The notes below the pieces were generated by a model. The model was not told the DNA's origin, did not search any database, and saw nothing but the letters and a program-made list of their open reading frames with translations. From contig OZ245056.1 of assembly GCA_965224705.1 (NCBI GenBank), positions 2,816,001-2,880,000 of the forward strand: DNA of 64,000 bases, in the 5' to 3' direction. A program made the position numbers and the translations under genes. Shown here in pieces: positions 49,880-59,786 of the stretch. Position 1 is the first letter of the stretch, and the number at the start of each line of letters is the position of its first letter. The stretch comes from Spirochaetaceae bacterium. GTDB lineage: Bacteria; Spirochaetota; Spirochaetia; DSM-2461.

Positions 49880-50539
49880 ATGAAAAAATACATTTACTTC
49901 GGTCGAGTCCTGTTTCTGATATCATCCATGCTGGTTCTCAATGTAAACTCCCTCATCGGTCAGGAAGTTCTACCGGAAGAAGAACCCTTTGTCCCTCAAC
50001 TGGATCTGAATCAACGCTCCCTTGGAGATCAATCTCTGGCAATAACGGTTGGCGTGTTCATTCCATTGTTTACGATTCTGCTTGATGATTTTCCAAACAC
50101 AAGTTATACAGCAGGAGTCTATCCCCCCAATCTGTATGCCGGAGGTGCCGGTTCCCTGACATACAGCTTATATCTATCTCCTAACTGGAAACTCGGCTTT
50201 CAGGTCAGTGGAAGCTTTTCCCAGGATATCAATGAGAATTTCACCTATCTGGTGCCAATATCACTAAAGGGAAGCTATGAGTTTCATCCAGGGGGAAGAG
50301 TCACCATACCGGTGTTTCTCAATGCAGGAATCAGCCTGACATCGTGGAAGGATGATAATTTCCTCGTTGATATATATCTCAAACCAGGAGCAGGGTTCTA
50401 CTTTGACTGGAGCTATGAATGGTCATTTGGATTGGATATAGGCTATGTTTTTGTTCCCCAGCTTGGATCGGAAAATACAAATGAAAGGAGTATAGGAAAT
50501 TTCATGGATATAACACTGACAGCGGAATACCACTTCTGA
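49880..50539 (+). CDS. Outer-membrane beta-barrel protein (TP0733/OmpW-like)
   Basis: Signal peptide, GDQ motif, ~8 amphipathic strands, C-terminal ...AEYHF. Confidence 0.65.
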   Translation: MKKYIYFGRVLFLISSMLVLNVNSLIGQEVLPEEEPFVPQLDLNQRSLGDQSLAITVGVFIPLFTILLDDFPNTSYTAGVYPPNLYAGGAGSLTYSLYLSPNWKLGFQVSGSFSQDINENFTYLVPISLKGSYEFHPGGRVTIPVFLNAGISLTSWKDDNFLVDIYLKPGAGFYFDWSYEWSFGLDIGYVFVPQLGSENTNERSIGNFMDITLTAEYHF

Positions 50540-51843
50540 TGAAACACATAACTTCTCTCCATAAAAATGCCGTGAGTATACTTATATCAATTGTACTGCT
50601 ATTATCCGGCTGCAAGGGCGTTGGAATTTTTGCCTATGTTGCAACAACGAAAAGAATCGATAAGGGATTATTGCCTGAAGGAATGGGGACATCAAGAATT
50701 CTAACCATCAAAAAAGAATACTCGACTCATCCATATGATTACTTCACAAGCGTCTCCCTTCTGTATAGAAGCAATACCCAGGACCGGGATGCTTCTACCC
50801 GTAACAAATGGTCTTCCATAACACTGCCTTCGGGATGGACCAATATCCAATCCGTAGCGGCTTCCGATGATAAACTTCTTCTTGCCCTGAGCAGGCACTC
50901 CTCAGGTACTTTGAGCACAGGTTTATATTACTACACTGCAAAAGATGGATTCTCCCTCATTACAATTAATAACGACATATTGCTCAGTGATGACAGTTCA
51001 TACAGAACTGTTTTACTTTACTGTCCCAATCCCTCGGCAGCAAACGAAGTATTCTATGTCAATGTACTTGAGTACAGTGGTGACTTTGGGCAGAAGTCAA
51101 CATTCAGCGGCTCAACCCTGTACCTGATTGGCAACACAAACACTGACTTGAACAGTACCCACCAGAAGGGAGGAGACTGGGATACGGCTCTTAAAAGCTC
51201 ATACATCTCAAGTGCCGCATACGATAAGAAAAATACTTACAGGTTCACAATCATCAATCCCGTTGATGAAACGGGCCAGTTGACTGATGAATCAGGCAAA
51301 CAGATTGCGGCCAATACATTCACTCTCCCTTCCGGAGCTTTAACCTGGCTCCCCGGGGCTCCTGAGACTGACTGGCCTGACGGAGTTTTCATTGCAGCAT
51401 CCTGGAAACTCGACGAAACCGCATATCCTCTCTACATAAGTGCCGATGGAACCAACTGGGAAACCCTGACATCCAGCTATAGATTTTCCTGTTTCCTTGA
51501 TGTTACCTCTACAAAGGCCGGCGGCCGATCAAATTCCCCCAATGACAATCTCATTCTTGCGGGAACAAGAAGCGTTGGGAACAGCAGCAGTTCAGGATAT
51601 ATGGAGATCGTAGCCAACACCGCTGAGCCATCGCAATGGGAAATTCGCACAAACAAGAGTGATTTCACGTTTGCACAAACCGGGACATATATAGCAAGCG
51701 ATCTGAGCAGCGATGCGATATCTGGATTAACCTTATATGAAGACTATGTTTATGCAAGCACTGACAAGGATGGTGTCTGGAGGATCAACGCCAATGATCA
51801 GGAGACATACAACGGTGCAGGCCTGGAGTGGGAGCGGGAATAA
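50539..51843 (+). CDS. Hypothetical beta-rich lipoprotein
   Basis: Lipobox LSGC; TGATG coupling to the barrel gene; SADGTNW motif. Confidence 0.65.
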   Translation: MKHITSLHKNAVSILISIVLLLSGCKGVGIFAYVATTKRIDKGLLPEGMGTSRILTIKKEYSTHPYDYFTSVSLLYRSNTQDRDASTRNKWSSITLPSGWTNIQSVAASDDKLLLALSRHSSGTLSTGLYYYTAKDGFSLITINNDILLSDDSSYRTVLLYCPNPSAANEVFYVNVLEYSGDFGQKSTFSGSTLYLIGNTNTDLNSTHQKGGDWDTALKSSYISSAAYDKKNTYRFTIINPVDETGQLTDESGKQIAANTFTLPSGALTWLPGAPETDWPDGVFIAASWKLDETAYPLYISADGTNWETLTSSYRFSCFLDVTSTKAGGRSNSPNDNLILAGTRSVGNSSSSGYMEIVANTAEPSQWEIRTNKSDFTFAQTGTYIASDLSSDAISGLTLYEDYVYASTDKDGVWRINANDQETYNGAGLEWERE

Positions 51844-51856
51844 ACCCCGGATCTTA

Positions 51857-52495
51857 TCAAGTTTTTCCCGGAACTCTGAAGCTATTATCCTGCGGCTTCT
51901 GCTGAATACACTTCAGAGTATCAAACACTTCAGCCAGTTCCTTACTGCCTGAAAGATAGTAGTCTTCAATTTCCTGATCGGACAGACCTTCAAGTTCATG
52001 ACTCATATAATGTATCCAGGTATTATCATTGGTTTTCTCCCGGCACCAGTAATCCGGCTGTACAGGTAATTGTTCGCACTCAGGATTTCTTTTATAGTCA
52101 TGAACGGCCACCTTTATGTGCTCTGCCGGCACTCCCCTCTCCATGATACAGTCAACCAGATAATTTATTGTACGGCCAGTATCGAAAATATCATCAATAA
52201 TGAGCACTCTATCGCCACTTCTCAAATGCTGTGGATCATAGGTCCAGCCATCGATGCGGACACGTCCCCTTTCATGAAGATCTGTATATGATCGAGCAAC
52301 AACCGCAGCATAAAAAACAGGTTTATCATCTTTCTTGACCAGCTTAAAAAACTCACTGAAAATATTGCCCATTAAAGCACCACCACGAAGGGAGACATAG
52401 ATGATGTCTGGTGTGAATCCATCATTATACATGCGATGAGCCAGCTTCAATGCATTATTTCTCATGGCTTTCAGGGATACAAATTCTTTTTTCAT
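51857..52495 (-). CDS. Type I phosphoribosyltransferase (purine salvage-like)
   Basis: SLRGG, PRPP motif VLIIDDIFDTGRT. Confidence 0.8.
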   Translation of the reverse strand: MKKEFVSLKAMRNNALKLAHRMYNDGFTPDIIYVSLRGGALMGNIFSEFFKLVKKDDKPVFYAAVVARSYTDLHERGRVRIDGWTYDPQHLRSGDRVLIIDDIFDTGRTINYLVDCIMERGVPAEHIKVAVHDYKRNPECEQLPVQPDYWCREKTNDNTWIHYMSHELEGLSDQEIEDYYLSGSKELAEVFDTLKCIQQKPQDNSFRVPGKT

Positions 52496-52497
52496 AA

Positions 52498-53976
52498 TCA
52501 ACGACCTTCCGGCATGGCAAGGATAATACTTTCACCATTTCGATAAACAGTTATCTTCAATGTATCCGGCTCCGCCTTCCCCAGGGCTGTGTATAGAGTT
52601 GGAATGCTGTCGATAAGAACATCATTGATAGATGTGATGATGTCACCTTCTCGAAGATCGAAAGTATGGGCTGGCGAGCGGGGATATACAACTGCGACAG
52701 GTATTCCGTTGAAGTGATGCGGCAGTCCCATAAGATCTCTAACCTTATCATTCATAGGAGCAGGGAGAAATCCAGGCCAGGCCAATTTGTGCATCGCGAG
52801 AATCTTATCCTCTCCCAGCCTTTCACCAATAATGGGTTGGAGTTCCATCTTATGGCCGAATCGGTCAATAGAGAAGACAACTGTATCACCTGGAGTGACT
52901 TCCCCAATTTCATATATCAGAGCTTCGTAATCAGTAAAACGCTCATCATCCATACTTAAAATCAAGTCTCCAGCCTGCAAACCTGCTTCATCCGCTGGAG
53001 AACCGAGAAATACCTGGTACACCATGACACCATGATCTGGAGGATAACCCAGAGATTCAGCCACTTCATGGCTGTAGGTGCCCAGACTGGCTCCCAACCA
53101 TCCATAGCGAACAACACCGGTTTCAAGAAGCCGCCGCACATAAGACTGAACATTATTGGCCGGTATGGCAAACCCCAATCCTATACTGCCGCTATTGGGC
53201 GTTGTGATGAATGTATTGATTCCGATTACTTCACCGTGGACATTGATCAGCGGACCACCGGAATTACCCTGATTGATGGCTGCATCCGTCTGGATGAAGG
53301 CATTGATATTACCCTGAGGGCCATATCGGCGATCCATGGCACTGACAATTCCAGCCGTTACAGAATTCCCATACCCATATGGATTCCCAATAGCCAGTAC
53401 CAGGTCTCCAACATACAGGGTATCAGAATCACCAAATTCTGCTACCGGCAGAGTTTTCTCAGAGCTGGTTATTTTTATCAGTGCCAGATCCCTCCGGTCA
53501 TCTTTACCGACAAGTTGACCGAAAACGGACTCACCGCTGTAGAGCTTTACATTGATGGTTTCAGCATGACCGATAACATGAGAATTCGTGACAATGTAAT
53601 AGGTATCCTTATCTCGATGAATAATAACACCTGCACCCATACCCATACTTCGGTAAAACTGTAACCCCTCCGGCTCATTGGAAGGATCCTTGAAAAAATC
53701 GTTCCATGGCAATTGTCCTGAGTTATCTTCCCTGAGAAGTTTTTCCGATTCTACTTTAATTTCCACCACTGATGCGTTTAATTGTGCGCTTACCAGCCGA
53801 AATGCGGATTGGACTTCCAGAAGACTGGCCAATGAATCGCCTGAAGATTCCGCAGCTCTGGCTTCCGGTATCAGCACAGTACCCGGAATGGAAGCTTCAC
53901 GGAAACTGATTGCATACATCAGCAGTCCACCCAGTAGAAAAGTCAATATTGTATGTTTTAGAACTGGTTTCTCCAT
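52498..53976 (-). CDS. htrA: HtrA/DegP-family serine protease with two PDZ domains
   Basis: TNSHV, DLALIK, IQTDAAINQGNSGGPL; TAATG coupling with map. Confidence 0.9.
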   Translation of the reverse strand: MEKPVLKHTILTFLLGGLLMYAISFREASIPGTVLIPEARAAESSGDSLASLLEVQSAFRLVSAQLNASVVEIKVESEKLLREDNSGQLPWNDFFKDPSNEPEGLQFYRSMGMGAGVIIHRDKDTYYIVTNSHVIGHAETINVKLYSGESVFGQLVGKDDRRDLALIKITSSEKTLPVAEFGDSDTLYVGDLVLAIGNPYGYGNSVTAGIVSAMDRRYGPQGNINAFIQTDAAINQGNSGGPLINVHGEVIGINTFITTPNSGSIGLGFAIPANNVQSYVRRLLETGVVRYGWLGASLGTYSHEVAESLGYPPDHGVMVYQVFLGSPADEAGLQAGDLILSMDDERFTDYEALIYEIGEVTPGDTVVFSIDRFGHKMELQPIIGERLGEDKILAMHKLAWPGFLPAPMNDKVRDLMGLPHHFNGIPVAVVYPRSPAHTFDLREGDIITSINDVLIDSIPTLYTALGKAEPDTLKITVYRNGESIILAMPEGR

Positions 53977-54737
53977 TATTGAATGTCTCCCCATGAAGTC
54001 AGTATTTTGGGTTCATTGTCCGTTATCAATACGCTGTGTTCAAAGTGGGCACTCCATGACCCATCCTGGGTAGCCACACTCCAGCCATCATCAAGCACCT
54101 GTACATCGGCTTTGCCGGCATTAATCATCGGCTCAATTGCCAGAATCATGCCCGGCATTAACCGTGGATTACTTCCTCTTGAAGGATAGTAGTTGGGTAT
54201 CTGCGGCTCTTCATGAAGAGACAGTCCAACTCCATGCCCACAAAAACTATACACAATTCCATACTTCTCAGGTTTAACAACCCTGGTAATTGCCTTGCCT
54301 ATGTCCTTAATCCTGTTTCCAGGAACGCAGGTATTAATCGCTGCCTTAAGTGATTTCTCAGTGACATCCAGAAGTGCATGAGTTTCAGGAGTAATTTCAT
54401 CGACAGAGAAAGTCTTGCAGGCATCACTGTAGTACCCATTTAGAATGACTCCAATATCGCAGCCGACAATATCCCCTGTCTTTAATTTCTTATTGTTGGG
54501 TATACCATGTATCACGATGTTATTCACAGAAGTACACACAGAAGCAGGAAATCCTCCATAACCTAGAAAGGCAGGGACTCCTCCCCCATCCCGTATTGTC
54601 TCCTCGACAACACGGTTTATATCAAGAGTGGAGATACCAGAATGAATTATTCCATTGAGCCTGATGAAGACCCTGGAGAGTAAATCCGATGAACGCTGAA
54701 TACCATCCTGCTGCATGGTATTCTTTATTGAAATCAC
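53976..54737 (-). CDS. map: Methionine aminopeptidase type I
   Basis: CTSVN..VIHGIP, GHGVG..LHEEP, AIEPM, SAHFEH. Confidence 0.95.
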   Translation of the reverse strand: MISIKNTMQQDGIQRSSDLLSRVFIRLNGIIHSGISTLDINRVVEETIRDGGGVPAFLGYGGFPASVCTSVNNIVIHGIPNNKKLKTGDIVGCDIGVILNGYYSDACKTFSVDEITPETHALLDVTEKSLKAAINTCVPGNRIKDIGKAITRVVKPEKYGIVYSFCGHGVGLSLHEEPQIPNYYPSRGSNPRLMPGMILAIEPMINAGKADVQVLDDGWSVATQDGSWSAHFEHSVLITDNEPKILTSWGDIQ

Positions 54738-56773
54738 TGTGTGACCTCGTTTTTATAGAGTTCCTGAAGCCCGAGATTCACTGGATCAATGGCCAATGCG
54801 GTTTCAATTACCTTTTTCATTTCATCGAATTGACCAAGGTATCGAAAGACAAGGGCCTGCAGATAATACAGACGGACCTTCTTGTCCGCAGCCATCATGG
54901 GTATGCTGAGTGCCATCTGTAAATCATCCAGAGAATTCAAATAGAGAGAATCAATTTCTTCAATCAATGTTGCTTTGCCTGCCGCCCGATACTCGCTTCC
55001 CTTTCGTCCTCCTGCAGCAATTGACTTCACGAGTTTTTCCGTATCACTTCGTGCTTGAATTAATATCTGCACTCTATCTTCAAGCGGAGAATTATCCGTA
55101 CCGAGAGTTCTAAACTCGTTTTTGAGGGAATAGATCAGCAGCGGATCATGAAGACTTCTGTCGATGTGTGCTGGTTTTTCAATAAATCCATCAGCAATGC
55201 TTTTAAGCTCCTGAGAAGCCATCAAGGCATAGAGTGCTGTATCATGAAGACCTCTCCAACTTTTTTCCCTTCGGACAAATTCTCTAAATTCATTATAATC
55301 GGCAAGCTCTCCGGCTTGAGCCGGAATGAGACCAATAATGGCTGTACGGCGTGAAGCATCGGAAGCAAGCCGCCATGAGAGGATCCACGTTTCATCTGGA
55401 AAATACTTCCTGTAGCGATCCACCACAATATCGATAGACGAGAAATTCTTTCGAATGGAAAGATATTCAAGCAAAAAAGTGGTGAGTGTTCTGATGTCAA
55501 CGGGCTGAACAGTGGAGTTCGCAATGGTTATTTCATTGAAGATTTCCCAGAGTCCTGCTTCATACAGGTGAGGAGGCAGAGATGTTGGATCGACTTTAAG
55601 AGCGGCTATAGCGGATACATGGTCCATTGGCTGGCTGGAATCTGAGCGAAGCAAGCGGCCTGCCAGGCCGGGATTGTCATCCGCATGTTTGACAGCCCAG
55701 GCAGATTTTACCTCACTTTGATCAGGAAAAATGGTCAGGGCATCACGGAGCAATGCTTCGGACTGGCGATTATTCCCTTCAGTACTTTCCAGTATTGAAA
55801 GATTTACCCATAACTTCCAGGAATCCTTCGGCATATTGGTCGGCCGATCCGGATATAGAACTCTCAATGCCTCATACCAGAGTTCCCTTGCCTGATTGCG
55901 ATAATCGGAACGTCCCTGCATTCTGTATTGCTTCCAGTAAATATCACCAAGGAACAGCAGATCCTTCCAGTAAACTATTCGACGGCTTCGCCCATCCTCA
56001 ATGCCTGTATTCAGCCAGGTAACAGCCAATTCCGTATCTCCTGCGTCATAAGCAAGTCGTCCCAGAGCTGAATACACGTTTTGATCAAAGGGAAACTGTG
56101 GGTTTTTCCACCAGCGATTACCGGATATGGACTCTTTGGCAAGTTCCAGGGCTCTGTCTGTTTCCCCATCGCTCATGCGGGCCAGTGCGGCATCCACTGT
56201 GAGGACGGCGGACCGGGTGATATGAGCCACTTCCTCAAGAAATTCAGCATTCAGATCTGTTTTGATTCTCCGATGGAAGTCTTCCATATTCTGATCTTGT
56301 TCATCCAGGTAGGAGAGGATTTTCAATTCAGCCAGGAGAGTTGGCCAGATATTCCCAGAGAGATTGACAGCCGTTTTTTCTGCCCTTTTTATTCTTCCGG
56401 ATCTTAATTGAGCCCACACAAGGAAGGCTGTTACATCCTGGTTTTCAGGTAGGGCATTTTTTGCACGAGAAGCCAGTCTTCTAAACAATCTATAATTCTT
56501 ACGCCGGGCATCTTCGGGCAGTTGCAGGGCAGCCGACCGCAGCAGCTGTTTCCATTGCATGACTGTTACGGCATGCCGTGAAGCTTGAAGCATCTTCCAG
56601 CCAGCCTGTAAATCTCTGTTTTCCGATACAGCGGCTTCAACAGCCAGCATATTTTTATCGAATTTTCTGTCATCAGCAGTTCTGCGGAACAGGAACAGGT
56701 ATGCCGGGATGGACAATGCAAGAAGTATCAGAAGTACAACTGAAATGGAACGGATCGATTTGTAGTTTTTCAT
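54734..56773 (-). CDS. Membrane-anchored TPR-like hypothetical protein
   Basis: N-terminal TM helix, long helical ORF coupled between nusB and map. Confidence 0.65.
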   Translation of the reverse strand: MKNYKSIRSISVVLLILLALSIPAYLFLFRRTADDRKFDKNMLAVEAAVSENRDLQAGWKMLQASRHAVTVMQWKQLLRSAALQLPEDARRKNYRLFRRLASRAKNALPENQDVTAFLVWAQLRSGRIKRAEKTAVNLSGNIWPTLLAELKILSYLDEQDQNMEDFHRRIKTDLNAEFLEEVAHITRSAVLTVDAALARMSDGETDRALELAKESISGNRWWKNPQFPFDQNVYSALGRLAYDAGDTELAVTWLNTGIEDGRSRRIVYWKDLLFLGDIYWKQYRMQGRSDYRNQARELWYEALRVLYPDRPTNMPKDSWKLWVNLSILESTEGNNRQSEALLRDALTIFPDQSEVKSAWAVKHADDNPGLAGRLLRSDSSQPMDHVSAIAALKVDPTSLPPHLYEAGLWEIFNEITIANSTVQPVDIRTLTTFLLEYLSIRKNFSSIDIVVDRYRKYFPDETWILSWRLASDASRRTAIIGLIPAQAGELADYNEFREFVRREKSWRGLHDTALYALMASQELKSIADGFIEKPAHIDRSLHDPLLIYSLKNEFRTLGTDNSPLEDRVQILIQARSDTEKLVKSIAAGGRKGSEYRAAGKATLIEEIDSLYLNSLDDLQMALSIPMMAADKKVRLYYLQALVFRYLGQFDEMKKVIETALAIDPVNLGLQELYKNEVTQ

Positions 56774-56777
56774 AGCA

Positions 56778-57185
56778 TCAGGATATTATTGAGTTTTGAA
56801 TACCATCAAGAACTCCATTTATAAATCGATAGGATTCCGGCGAACCTAATTGTTTTGCAATCTCTACAGCTTCATTGATCGTTACTGAAATTGGTATTTC
56901 CTTCTGGCAGAGTATGGAATAGACACCGGTTCTCAGTATGGATAAATCCACTTTGGTCAGTCGATCAAAACTCCAATTCTTCAGTTGTTTTCGAATGTGT
57001 TCATCAATATCTGACTGGTTCTCCACCACTCCTGAGATAATTAAGGCTGCAAACGACCTGACATCATCTCCTACATCGCTGTCCAGCCAATCAAATTGAA
57101 GAACACTCTCCAATTCACATTTTGTTTCTTCCCATGCGTATAATCCCTGAATGGCGACAATCCTCCCATTTCGCCTGATTCCCAT
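56778..57185 (-). CDS. nusB: Transcription antitermination factor NusB
   Basis: W..DRL..VD.SILR, INEAVEIAK, FINGVLD. Confidence 0.93.
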   Translation of the reverse strand: MGIRRNGRIVAIQGLYAWEETKCELESVLQFDWLDSDVGDDVRSFAALIISGVVENQSDIDEHIRKQLKNWSFDRLTKVDLSILRTGVYSILCQKEIPISVTINEAVEIAKQLGSPESYRFINGVLDGIQNSIIS

Positions 57186-57187
57186 TC

Positions 57188-58243
57188 CTACTTATACTCT
57201 CCAAAGTAATTGATAGTTGATTGGGCACGAATGTCCTCAAGAATACCTTCTGCGATTTCATCAAATTTTCTCTGATACCTCTCGGCGAAAATAAGCTGCT
57301 GGAGGTAGGTTCTTACCTCTGCCGAATCTTTGGGTAGAAGCTGAGCCGCTTTTTTTTCTGTAATTTGAATGATGTGAAAACCTACCTTTGATTTTAAAAC
57401 ACCACTGACATCGTCGACATTCATCTTGAAAACAGAGTTAATAAACTCACTGCCATAGAGTTGTCTTGCCACCTCATCGCCTTTCATGAGCGGCCCAATC
57501 TTTCCACCGCGAGCCCTGGATACCTCATCCTCTGATTCGGCAGCAACCAGATCAATAAATGTGGCTGAGGTGTTTAATAACTGTCGATGAACTTCATCCG
57601 CTTTTCTTCGTTTCTGATTTGTTTCAGCAGGACTCAGGGAGCGGGTATCAAAGAAAATCTGATTGAACCACACTGAGTCGGAAACAACAAATTCCTGAAC
57701 TCTCCTCTGGTACTCTGCACTGATATCTTCATCGCTTGCAGGTTCAATATTCTGAAACTCTTCCCTTCCATGAAAACTGACATATTTCTCAGCCAGGAGC
57801 TGCTTCTGTACGGTTGATTCAAATTCTTCCAGCGTCAGGCCCTGCTGCTTAATAATCTGTTTGTATTGATTTCTGTCTGTTAATACAGCTCCAGGGGGCA
57901 GGGCTCCGACACTGGTAAGCTGCTGGGAGATAAGCCGTAATCCAGCCTGTTCCACCTCTTCAGAAGTAACAGTGATGCGGCGATCGGCTTCGGCTGCCTG
58001 ATGAATAAGCATTTGATCAATGAGGGATTCAAGTATGGTTTTCTTCTCCTCCATTGTTAATTTCCTGCCCTGCTGTATTTCCAGAGTCTCAATCATCTGA
58101 TCAAGCTTCTTACCGGAAACAGGTTCCGTCCGTTTGTAACGAACAGTGGCAATAGCCATATCCTGGGCCGGGAGGAGCATGGTTGTTGTATGAAGAAGAA
58201 TGACTGCCGTAAATAGCTTTATAGCATATCTCATAGATTTCAC
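57188..58243 (-). CDS. SurA-like peptidylprolyl isomerase
   Basis: SurA N-domain LIDQMLIHQAA; parvulin-like SED..SRARGG, VSGVLKSKVGFHII. Confidence 0.8.
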   Translation of the reverse strand: MKSMRYAIKLFTAVILLHTTTMLLPAQDMAIATVRYKRTEPVSGKKLDQMIETLEIQQGRKLTMEEKKTILESLIDQMLIHQAAEADRRITVTSEEVEQAGLRLISQQLTSVGALPPGAVLTDRNQYKQIIKQQGLTLEEFESTVQKQLLAEKYVSFHGREEFQNIEPASDEDISAEYQRRVQEFVVSDSVWFNQIFFDTRSLSPAETNQKRRKADEVHRQLLNTSATFIDLVAAESEDEVSRARGGKIGPLMKGDEVARQLYGSEFINSVFKMNVDDVSGVLKSKVGFHIIQITEKKAAQLLPKDSAEVRTYLQQLIFAERYQRKFDEIAEGILEDIRAQSTINYFGEYK

Positions 58244-58671
58244 CTCAATCTCTGAGTTTGATCAATATGAAGGCGGGATCCAGCAACCCTGGCTTCAGCC
58301 GGGTTATTCAAAACATCGGATTTTTTCAGATACAAACCTTCGGCTTCCATAGTTGTCATAAGTGACTGCAAGAGTCGGGGTTTCCTCAGTCCCCTGCCGG
58401 ATATAAATGCATAACTTCGTTTTCCTGAAAGCATACCGGATGATTTCAGGAAGGTACCAAGATATGGGGATATTTTTCCGGAGAAGAAGGATGGAGCAAT
58501 TGTTCCCACAGCGATATAATGATACGAAGTAAGAGACATACCCTCATCAGTTCCTGCATTTACAATGGTCACATCATGTCCCTGTTCCTCAATCCCCTCA
58601 CTCAATGCCCGTACAATACCTGTAAGGTGAATTGAGTAATGACAGGGATAATAGACTATGGCGACTCGCAG
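58240..58671 (-). CDS. Flavodoxin-like hypothetical protein, probable CTG start
   Basis: AGGAG then CTG-CGA-GTC-GCC-ATA (xRVAIVYY) in frame with the ORF-track protein; flavodoxin-like beta1-alpha1 pattern. Confidence 0.6.
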   Translation of the reverse strand: MRVAIVYYPCHYSIHLTGIVRALSEGIEEQGHDVTIVNAGTDEGMSLTSYHYIAVGTIAPSFFSGKISPYLGTFLKSSGMLSGKRSYAFISGRGLRKPRLLQSLMTTMEAEGLYLKKSDVLNNPAEARVAGSRLHIDQTQRLR

Positions 58672-58685
58672 AAACTACTCCTGGA

Positions 58686-59021
58686 TTACTGCTCTTCTTC
58701 CAGAGGCTGCTCCAGAAACCAATTGGGACCTGATTCCTCTGCCCGACGAGCAGCACCGATAACATCATCTTTTTCTCCCGACTTGTATGCCATAGCCACA
58801 ACAAGGGATGATACAATGAAGAAGACTCCCAGGATGGAAGTGGCTTTTACAAGCACACTGCCGCTTGAGGCTCCGAAGGGAGTTGAGCTTCCTCCATTCC
58901 CAAATAAGCCGCCGAATCCTTCGCCCTGCTCATCCTGAAGCATAACCAGTGCAATAATCAACACAGCTGTTATCGCAAATAATACAAGAAAGACAGTTCC
59001 AATAATACCCAAAATATTCAC
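58686..59021 (-). CDS. secG: Preprotein translocase subunit SecG
   Basis: LVMLQDEQGEGFGGLFG, two TM helices, downstream of tpiA. Confidence 0.9.
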   Translation of the reverse strand: MNILGIIGTVFLVLFAITAVLIIALVMLQDEQGEGFGGLFGNGGSSTPFGASSGSVLVKATSILGVFFIVSSLVVAMAYKSGEKDDVIGAARRAEESGPNWFLEQPLEEEQ

Positions 59022-59027
59022 ACTCCA

Positions 59028-59783
59028 CTAGATGTCAAATGCCACAATGCGGCCAAAAGAAGCAACGTCAAGTGAGGCACCACCGACCAATGCACCATCG
59101 ATATCCGGTTGAGCCATGAGATCCTTAACATTGTCAGGCTTCACTGATCCACCATATTGAATAATCGTGGAATCAGCAACTGTATCTGAGTATAATGCAG
59201 CAATCTTTGAGCGGCAAGCCTTGTGAACAGCCTGAGCGTCAATCGGTGTTGCCGTTTTCCCTGTGCCAATAGCCCACACCGGTTCATAAGCAACGACAAG
59301 ATGCTCCATTTGCTTCGCATTAACCCCGGCCAGGCCACCTTCCAGTTGACCAAAACAAACATCATGAACCCTGTCTGCTTCCCTTTCCTCCAGGGTTTCT
59401 CCAATACATAGAATGATCTCCATTCCATGAGACAGACCAAGCTTTACTTTTTCGTTTATGAGAGCATCGGTTTCTCCATAAACATGACGGCGTTCGCTGT
59501 GCCCAAGGATGACGGATTGCACGCCCAGTTCCTTCAGCATTAAAACCGAAGTTTCACCCGTATGGGCTCCGGTTTCCACAGCAGCCATGTTCTGAGCAGC
59601 AAGAGTAACATCACTTCCCTTCAAAACTCCGGATACAGCCTGAATGCAGACAAAGGAAGGTGCAATCATTTTCCGGGTGTTTAAACCTTTCTTCATATCA
59701 ACGACATCTCCGGCAAGCTCAATGGCTTCCTGAGGCGTTTTATTCATTTTCCAGTTACCGGCAATCAAGTACTGACGTGACAT
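59028..59783 (-). CDS. tpiA: Triosephosphate isomerase
   Basis: AGNWKMN, GHSERR, AYEPVWAIGTG, YGGSVKP, LVGGASL. Confidence 0.97.
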   Translation of the reverse strand: MSRQYLIAGNWKMNKTPQEAIELAGDVVDMKKGLNTRKMIAPSFVCIQAVSGVLKGSDVTLAAQNMAAVETGAHTGETSVLMLKELGVQSVILGHSERRHVYGETDALINEKVKLGLSHGMEIILCIGETLEEREADRVHDVCFGQLEGGLAGVNAKQMEHLVVAYEPVWAIGTGKTATPIDAQAVHKACRSKIAALYSDTVADSTIIQYGGSVKPDNVKDLMAQPDIDGALVGGASLDVASFGRIVAFDI

Positions 59784-59786
59784 TAT

